Shown piece after piece: positions 56,522 through 64,000 of a stretch of 64,000 nucleotides of DNA. The stretch is from Candidatus Latescibacterota bacterium (GTDB taxonomy: Bacteria; Latescibacterota; UBA2968; SICM01). The stretch lies in assembly GCA_965217865.1 (NCBI GenBank), contig CBDCJO010000002.1, positions 3,104,001-3,168,000 of the forward strand, read 5' to 3'. Under the pieces are notes generated by a model. It was not told the DNA's origin. It made no database searches and saw only the letters and a list, made by a program, of their open reading frames with translations. Within the stretch, counting starts at the first letter, position 1. Every line of letters begins with the position of its first letter. A program made the translations under genes and the position numbers.

Positions 56522-57345
56522 AGAAGCTGGAGGCCGAGGCCTGCACTACCCCCTTCTCTGAGGCTACCACCGCCAGCTGATGGGGAGGCAGATCGGCATA
56601 GGTCTCATCCCTTAAGAGGGCCGAGATTTGCTCTTTCTCCTCCCTCAGCAATCCGTGTGGGGCCTTATCAGGGGCGGGCCCGGGCTTCCCATCCAAAAGC
56701 GGGTCCGACACCCCATCCAGCTTCTCTTCTCGATCTCGCCGGCTCCAGGCACAATACCGCTGGAGGGGAAGCTGTAGGATCTCGCAAGAACGGGTGAGTT
56801 TCACCCCTTTCTCCTTGGCCCGATGGACCATTAAGAGGATCTCGCGTTTGACCTCAGCTTGCACCCGGTGGCCCTTGATCGGGCCTGTCAGATCCCATTC
56901 ACACTTTTTTTTAGCAGGGAAAGTTCCACAGATTGCTCAATGATCGTTTGCTCCAGGCGTGCCCGCTCTTTGCGCAGCTGCTCCACCTCCTCAGCCGATA
57001 CCATCGGCTTGCGGCTCCGGCGACCCTTGAACTCCTTGAGGGCCCCGGACTTGACCGACTCACGAATACGCTTTAGATCCGAGGAATGAATGCCCCATTT
57101 CCGCAGCACCTGTGCAATGGGAACATCTCCCCGGCTGGCTTCAAGGAAAATCTCATACTTCTGTTCCGGGGACAAGCTCCTGCGCTTCTTGACCGGGTCA
57201 CTGTTTGAGGACAGTTGCTCCATCTTTACTCCTCCTGTGAGGTCAGGGATATCCCAAAATATGTATCCCTTCTCAACCCTACAGGCAACCAGGATCTTGC
57301 TTCGACCTTGCCCCCGTTTTTTCGGGCGATCTCAGACAAAAGATA
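56522..57345 (-). mobile_element. IS3-family element copy 4, truncated
   Basis: Left end, orfA and 5' orfB only; deletion junction at AGAA. Confidence 0.92.
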
Positions 57346-58259
57346 GAATGCCTACCAGGGTGTCTTCGAGTCCTTTGAAAAAGAGGAGGAAACCCTGAAG
57401 AGCTTGTACGCGCCGTTCCATGATCGCCTGGCGGGCGACAAGAACCTTGAGAAGCTCTCTTTTTACGTATACCGGCATGTTGATGTCTCCCCTTGGGCAG
57501 ACAAAGGTGAGGAACTGGTGGACCTTAGACGTCCGCCTTTCGCGGGCCGCGACGCGCTCGAAACGGAAGCTAGGGAACGCCTCCTCGCAGTCTGGCAGAG
57601 CGGTACTCCCACAGAAGCTCGCGAAGCGATGAGCCGCTTCGTCGCCGATAACGCAGACACCGCGCTTTCCTCTCTTGTCGCGAGCGCCAGCCCTCTGGAC
57701 CTTGGGCAGTGGCTGTTCTCCACCGATCACATCAAGGTCCGGTACGGCATCCGGTACGAAGGAGTCGATCTTGAGCGTCTTTCTCCAGGCGCCCGTGGGG
57801 TTGTGCTGATCACACTTTACCTAGCAATCGACAAGTCTGATGACCGTCCACTTCTGATTGACCAACCTGAGGAGAACTTGGATCCCAAGTCTGTATACCA
57901 GACTCTGGTTCCCTTCTTCCGCGACACTGGCCTCCGTCGACAGATCATCATCGTGACTCACAATGCTAACCTTGTCGTCAACTCGGACTCGGACCAAGTG
58001 TTGGTGGCTGAGGCCGAACGGACTGACCCGGGATCGCTCCCAAACATCCGCTATTTGGCAGGCGGCATAGAGGATCCCAAGGTAAGACGCTTGGCTTGTC
58101 AGTATCTCGAGGGTGGCGAGGAGGCTTTCAGGCGACGCGGTGAGCGATACGGGCTGGCACTTGGAGCCTACCAGGCCTCCACTGAACCAGATTGACCGCC
58201 ATAAGGATCGGATGCCGACAGGATGCCATCCACCTTCCCGACGGCAAGGATCGGACCAC

Positions 58260-58476
58260 ATGGCATTCCCTGGGCGAAGCCTCCAGGCTCAAAGCTGCTC
58301 AAGCCCGCATCCGTGCCCGCACCCGCCGTCTGATCCTCATCGGCTCCTACATGGAGCACGTCACCCAGACCGATCCCGACCGCAAGGCCCGCCTCATGAA
58401 GGGACTCGATGGCTTCCTGGAACGGGAGCGTGATCGAGAACTCTTCGACTTACTCCAAAAGGGGTCTTCCCAATGA
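58260..58476 (+). pseudogene. Plasmid mobilisation accessory protein fragment
   Basis: RTRRLILIG..L...LD.FLER.RDRELF.L. Confidence 0.65.
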
Positions 58477-58733
58477 TCGAGGTCATCGTGTGCTTGTTGC
58501 CTGACGTCATCAATTCCGCAGGTCTGGCTTTTGATATCGGCGGCGTTATCCTTCTGTTTCGCTATGGGTTGCCGGCGGAGGTTAGTAAGAGTGGCGGGAC
58601 CCGCCTAGAGTGGGGGAACCCTGACAGTGAGCAAGAGCAGAGGAAGTGGAAGCGCTACAAGAGAAGATCTAATTGGGGGCTCTTCCTTCTTGTTTTGGGC
58701 TTTTTTCTTCAACTCGTTAGCAACTGGCTATAG
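58473..58733 (+). CDS. Small 2-TM hypothetical protein
   Basis: INS.GL.FDI.GVILLFRYG..GL.LL..GF.LQ. Confidence 0.6.
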   Translation: MIEVIVCLLPDVINSAGLAFDIGGVILLFRYGLPAEVSKSGGTRLEWGNPDSEQEQRKWKRYKRRSNWGLFLLVLGFFLQLVSNWL

Positions 58734-58753
58734 CTCCTAGTACACCCTGACAC

Positions 58754-60880
58754 CTAAAACTTGGGATATAGCTTCTTCAGTTTGATGCGGGCGTCGGTGG
58801 TCGTGAACTGCCAATCAACGGTTCTGTGTTTCTCGTTTCGATCACATTTCCAGGCCTCCACCTGGTTGGTGAGGGTCTGCAGGTCAGGAATGCGGCTGTG
58901 CAGGCATTGTCTGGCAAGGACGCTCAGTTCGATCTCAGCGATATTGAGCCAGCTACCGTGCTTGGGCGTGTAGTGCAATTCGAGGCGTTTGGCTAGACCT
59001 AAAATAAGCGAATAGGCTTGTTGAGCGGTGTGTTATACAAGATTTCGGAGCATTTCAGACTTGTGACTTGGTGGAGATGATGTCTGGGCTGTTTTTGTGA
59101 TTGTTTCGGCATGCGATTGTCTAATTAACTGAGTTTGCGGACGTGTTTTAGCCGGGGTGGACGGACTTGTCCCTGTGATGTTACGACGACAGGTGCTGAC
59201 ATGGCAGTCAGGCCGGTTTGAGCCATCTGATTCTGTTCCAGGCCGGGAAGAAGTCAGTCATCCACCGGTTGTAGCCCAAGACACGATAGATGATCTGTCT
59301 TCCCCGGGTCACGATCTGGCAAGGGATCCAGATCAGATTCTGGAGGAAGGCGCGAAACTCCATTCTCAGAAGTTGATCGCGACGCTCACGCTTTCGGATC
59401 ATCAACGCGAACCAGGCTTTGAGGTTCCACGCCAGGGCGGTCATGACCATGTAAGCCCAGTTGCTCATCAGGTTGTCGACGGGCATCCGCATGGCGTTGA
59501 CCCCGTTCTTGAGTTGTTCAATCACGTTTTCCTGATCGCACCGTCGATTGGCCAGCCTCACGATTTCCGCGGCCGTAAGATCTTTTCGGGTGGTAATGTA
59601 GAAGAAACAGCGCTTGTCATCGAACAGGGCGTTTTCGCCGCGTTCGACGCTCAGGTTCTTTTCGAGGATCACGAGTCGACAGGTCTTCTTGCATCGAGCA
59701 GGACGATACGAAACCCCGGCAACACGTTCACTGGCAAGTCGGATGTTTTTGAAGCCGCGCTCCCGGATGATCCGGGCTTTCACGTTCTCGCGTTTCTGTC
59801 TCTGGGAGGTTTTGACCTGGTATTTGGGTTGTCGTTCAAAGGGCTCCCAATCGCTCTGTGACAGGGATTTGGCGATCTTGACCAATCCCCGGTAAGCATC
59901 CATGCCGAAGACGAAGTCGACCTTTTCCGACCAACGATCGAAGTGCCGGGTGAGTGAGAAGCCGGTGTCTCCGCGCAGGCAGATGCGTTTGGCGAAAGGG
60001 GCGACCAGCGCGATGGCGCGATCGATCCACTTTACGGCACCGTCGTGGCTGGGCACATGGCCGGGTCGATTCACAAGAAACAACACCTCCCTGGTGTTCG
60101 CCAGAGAGACCACGAGAGGATGGTATCCCCAGATACCGTTGTATGACAGGGCCATGCCCTGCTTGCGTTCTCCGAGGGTGGTGGCCAGGGTGCCGTCGAT
60201 GTCGATGAGGGCTTCTTTGAGTTCGCCCCTGGCGCGCTTTTTCCAGATCCGGGTGCGCACCCGGTTGATGCAATCCATCAACGTCTCGATATCCGATGGC
60301 CGGAAACGACGTGTAAAGTCGCCTGCTGTGGCCGGATCCGGGAGACGCTGAGCGCCCAAAGCGTTCAGGAACGTGGCATCCTGCCGGCGCAGCTCAATGT
60401 CTTCAAGGCGTTGACCACCAACCAGCGCATTGTAGGCGATGTTCAGAACGTGGTCTGATTCGTGACAGGGCAAATGCACTTTCAAAAGATGAAGATGACG
60501 GTCAATCTCTTTCACCAGCCCAACCCTGCGGACCAGGTGGTGAAACGCGCCGATCCCCCCACACGTGATCGCCTCGGCCTTCCCACTTATCTCGTAGTGG
60601 ATGTTTCCCCCAGACATCATAGGCTTGACCTGACTGCACCACTGCTTCCGACGCAAACGACGGACAATTCGTGCTTCCCTGTTCCGAAGAATCTTCCTGT
60701 ATTCTCTCATCTGAAATGCCCCTTTTGATGGCCTCTTTTTGTCTTTCACACTACAACTATAGGCCTGAAAACTGGGGCATTTCAACTTTTTTCTACTAAA
60801 ACCAAGAAAAATTCACGCTTGTATAGGGGCTAGAGAACGGGCCTTTTCGGGTGGGAAGGCCTTGTAGAGAGATGCGATGG
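58754..60880 (-). pseudogene. IS630 transposase C-terminal part split by IS1380
   Basis: SLYKAFPPEKARSL|AKRLELHYTPKHGSWLN.AEIE..ARIKLKKLYP. Confidence 0.88.
58998..60828 (-). mobile_element. IS1380-family element, intact (transposase 59208 to ~60710)
   Basis: IDIDGT, LRGDTGF, ENVIEQLK, NWAYM; CCTA..AAGCG TIRs; GCTAGA duplicated (exact TSD length ambiguous). Confidence 0.92.
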
Positions 60881-60881
60881 T

Positions 60882-61150
60882 GTGAGTACTGAGATTGTCG
60901 CAGACCAGCACCACGACTTGCGCGTGCGCGACCTGACCGGTGCAGAATCGAGAAGACTGACAGGGTGGTTACGGAATTCCCGTAACGGGATTCAGATGCG
61001 CAGAGCTCAGATCATTGCCTTCAGTGGTCAAGGACTGCGTGTTCAGGAGATTGCTGCCAATCTCGAGATGAACGAGGAGTATCTCCGGGAACTGATTCGT
61101 AACTTCAACGACGAGGGCTTTGATGCACTTCGCCAGAAATCTCAATCCGG
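60882..61150 (+). pseudogene. IS630-type transposase N-terminal HTH fragment
   Basis: RRAQII..S.QG..V.EIA..I..FN..GFDAL. Confidence 0.7.
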
Positions 61151-61320
61151 TCACCTATCTCGTCTATGACGGCGCCTGTGGCACCGGCGGGATGCTGACC
61201 GTTGCCGAAGAGACGCTCGTCAAGCTCGCCGCAGAGAACGGCAGGGAGGTGTCTGTTCGCCTCTACGGACAAGAGGTAAACCCCGAGACCTTCGCCATCA
61301 GCAAGGCCGATCTCATCCTA
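61151..61320 (+). pseudogene. hsdM: Type I methyltransferase HsdM internal fragment
   Basis: TYLVYDGACGTGGMLTVAEE..LYGQEVNPET.AI.KADL. Confidence 0.85.
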
Positions 61321-61890
61321 CAGGCTAACAAACTACGATGGGAGATAAGAAGAGAGAGGAGACAAGAGGAACGAGCCTTTTACCGGCGCTTCTCAAGGAA
61401 GTTCAACATTGCCTGGCCTAAAGGATTCGCATCAATGTCCAAGGAGATGAGACAAAAGTACGAGGCGGAGTATGCTATTTCCGTTGCCAAGTACCACACT
61501 GAATACCACCCTCGACTTAGAGTCCTCTATCTTGAGCGGCGTAACAAAATTCAACATCGGTATCATTTGGTCAGAATCCTATCCGCAATAACACCAATAG
61601 GAGCGGCAAGCTTTTCGTCCATGGATCTAGCTCGTACGGGATTGATCCAGCAAGCAAGACTTGAAGCGGCGTTGGACACTTACCATAATTACTTTGCGAT
61701 GTTCATTCGAGACAAGAGCACTCAACATAATCCTGACTTAAGCGAGTTCACCTGGTTTGACTTTGATTACCATGAGACCTTGGCGGAATGCCTCGGACGT
61801 ATCAAGTTCGATGTGCTTGTTTTGGCATTGTTGGCGGCACTGGGAATATGCGGCGCTTATGTTTCGATTCTGAAATATGATGTTAGATAA
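61321..61890 (+). pseudogene. ABC-2-type permease C-terminal fragment
   Basis: LSAITP..SMDLARTG; terminal TM plus KYDVR. Confidence 0.7.
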
Positions 61891-62109
61891 GGGCGACACC
61901 TCTATGGGAATTATCTAGGGCTTTGTCAAGGAAAAAGACAGAGTGAATAGTATTGCATTTTTACATGATTTCCGTTACGTGGCTATAGGAAGGGATTGGG
62001 GATACTGTCAGCATTATGGAAATCCGGACTGGAAAACGAATGGTTGAAAGTTCAGAACACGAAGGAAAGATTAACAGCGTTAGTTTTTCCCCAGTGAGTG
62101 CCTGGACAA

Positions 62110-62430
62110 TCCCTCCCTGGCGAAGGGCACATCCACGGTCTTTGCTTCCGTATACTGACGGAGGTGACCCTCCCACGCCTTCTTGTACATGTTCAGGATG
62201 GCATCCGGACCTCCAAGGGTGTGGAGGAGGGACCAGCCGGGTTAGATTTTCGATGGCATCGTCCGGTCCGTCATCCCCGCCCCAGCGGGGAACACAGATG
62301 AGGTAGCCGCGCTCGTCGAAATAACGTTCGAAGAACTCTTCACAAGCCAGGGTCTGAGCTCGAATCAGCTCCCTTTCTAAGAGGGCCCAGGAAGGGGGAG
62401 AGGTTGGCGTCTCTATCGAGAGGATCATCT
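62110..62430 (-). pseudogene. Conserved hypothetical protein, N-terminal fragment
   Basis: PPSWALLERELI..RWGGDDGPDDAIEN, then frameshift and truncation. Confidence 0.6.
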
Positions 62431-62684
62431 TGACTTTTCCTCCAATCTTTTTATACAAGGTCAAAGCAGAATCAGTAACTGAAAAACGCACGAGATTCTA
62501 TGGATGTCAAGATAAATTCGCCTGTTTCACATGATTATTAGGGTATTTTAGGCTTGACTTGCTTTTGGATCTCGAATATGTTTTCGGTTCTGAAATTATC
62601 GAGGCCGCAGGACGTCTCTTGCGGCTTTCTGTTTGTGATCAGTTACAGGTGAAGGTAACTTACAGACCCTAGGAGAAAAGAGAG

Positions 62685-63527
62685 GTGGATGACCTAACAA
62701 ACACTCCCGCAGTTTTTTGTAAAGACGTGAGCAAGCACTTTGAGGAGCGGGATGAAGACGGGGTTCCATCGGGGTTGAAGGGTTTGTTCAGGAGGGGGGC
62801 AAAGAGGCGGGTAACCGCGGTGGACCGGGTCAGTTTTTCCATACAAAGGGGTGAGATTTATGGGGTTCTGGGACCAAATGGCTCTGGAAAATCGACCCTT
62901 GTCCGGATGCTATCCACGCTGATCATTCCGGATGAAGGGGAGATCAGGATTTTCGGACAGGACGTGATGGCCGACTCCCTGGCCGTTCGTCGTAACATTA
63001 ATCGGATTTCGGTGGATGCGGCTTTCTTCAAAAAACTTTCGGTATGGGAGAACCTGAGCTACGTCGCCAGGTTGTATGGGATCCCTCGGACGGAAGGGAG
63101 GGACCTTGCTGCGTCAATTCTGGAGGAGTTGGGTTTCTCGAGGGAAAGGATGAGCCGACGCGTCGAAGCCCTTTCCCGAGGGATGCAGCAAAAGGTGGCC
63201 ATAGCCAGGGCGCTATTCACTTCGCCTGCCCTGTTGCTGATGGACGAACCGACCACGGGGTTAGATCCTTTGTCCAAACGACAGGTCCAGGACTACACGC
63301 TCAGGGTCCGTGATCGACACGATGCGACAGTGCTCCTGACCACGCACGACATGAACGAGGCGGAGCGGGTCTGTGACCGAATCGCCGTGATTCACGAAGG
63401 CCGATTCGTTGTCCAGGGAACACTTAAGGAGCTCAGAGATCGGGTCGGTAAGGAAGAGGCATCGATGGAGGAGATCTTCATCGAATTGACGGGTAAGGAG
63501 CTGGTGGAGCTGGATGAGGAGGAATAA
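62685..63527 (+). CDS. ABC transporter ATP-binding protein
   Basis: GPNGSGKS, LSRGM.QK, LLMDEPTTGLD, TTH. Confidence 0.95.
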   Translation: MDDLTNTPAVFCKDVSKHFEERDEDGVPSGLKGLFRRGAKRRVTAVDRVSFSIQRGEIYGVLGPNGSGKSTLVRMLSTLIIPDEGEIRIFGQDVMADSLAVRRNINRISVDAAFFKKLSVWENLSYVARLYGIPRTEGRDLAASILEELGFSRERMSRRVEALSRGMQQKVAIARALFTSPALLLMDEPTTGLDPLSKRQVQDYTLRVRDRHDATVLLTTHDMNEAERVCDRIAVIHEGRFVVQGTLKELRDRVGKEEASMEEIFIELTGKELVELDEEE

Positions 63528-63633
63528 AGACCGTGAAGCGTGATTGCCGGGGTTAGAGGGTAGGGGAATTTGGACCCCTTCGATACGCTCCTCGAAACTT
63601 GGACTTAATGTACATTATGAAAGGGGGAAGTGG

Positions 63634-64000
63634 ATGCAATCTCTGGTGGATGAATTGAAGGCCTCTATGGCCTTCGTGGAACGAAATTTCAACCTTGCGA
63701 AGCGCTATGCCCATATGGAAGTGGTGTTGGTCGTTTGGAACGTCGTACATGTCCTCACCATCGGCCTGATTGGAAAGTTTATGGGTGGAGATGATCCGGC
63801 CAAGGTCCAACACTTCATCCTGTTTCTGATCGTCGGTGCGGTGTTTTGGAGTTTTCTCAGGCTGCTGTTTTTCGAGACCGCTGATGCCGTTGCCTGGGAG
63901 CGGTGGGAGGGTACGATCGAATTCACATTCATGGCGCCGATATACAGAATGACACACCTCGTGGGGCAATGCAGTTATGCGATTATTTATGGCATTTTCC
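63634..64000 (+). CDS. ABC-2 permease (3' partial)
   Basis: AFVERNFNL.KRY; WERWEGTIEFTFMAP; runs off the window. Confidence 0.85.
   Translation, partial: MQSLVDELKASMAFVERNFNLAKRYAHMEVVLVVWNVVHVLTIGLIGKFMGGDDPAKVQHFILFLIVGAVFWSFLRLLFFETADAVAWERWEGTIEFTFMAPIYRMTHLVGQCSYAIIYGIF

Larger units (their letters stand above)
53275..58195 (+). pseudogene. PHP phosphoesterase-ATPase (TrlF/Ppl-like), disrupted
   Basis: DPHLHTPG, GITDY, GSDAH, IGARGSGKT, LSPG.RG, IDQPEENLD, VTHNANL; frameshift ~54460 and two IS3 insertions. Confidence 0.88.

Noticed and set aside
61120-61890. Methyltransferase-permease fusion protein
   Set aside because: In-frame junction of two incomplete fragments with no credible start; in-frame joins are expected by chance among so many junctions

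Overview
Bacterial DNA. Host-like genes (GWxTD/TPR protein, dockerin-type EF-hand protease, BNR glycosidases, permease ending ...KYDVR) suggest a Latescibacterota-like organism; this is inference. The window has three zones. (1) 1-9.3 kb: unrelated cassettes (OPT-like transporter, DUF4160/DUF2442-HTH pair, two BNR sialidase-like genes, Doc toxin-antitoxin, orphan antitoxin), each separated by co-oriented, purine-rich composite 6-7-mer repeat blocks. (2) About 11-62 kb: an extreme mosaic of dozens of 40-500 bp fragments of IS ends, transposases, phage/plasmid genes and defence genes (HsdR, HsdM, MmeI-like, MAD8-like, Ppl/TrlF-like, AAA ATPases) fused end to end around a few intact host genes. 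Intact IS sit on top of this: an IS3-family element (3 full copies plus 1 truncated), IS256, IS1182-like and IS1380, plus a 5'-truncated IS110 with a long 3' non-coding end. This zone also holds CTAG-targeting MITEs, attC-like hairpins, and a family of head-to-tail non-coding units bounded by CAGTGGCG. (3) An ABC transporter operon at the right end. I found no CRISPR array, rRNA, tRNA or reverse transcriptase. All family calls come from motif recognition by eye, not from database searches.
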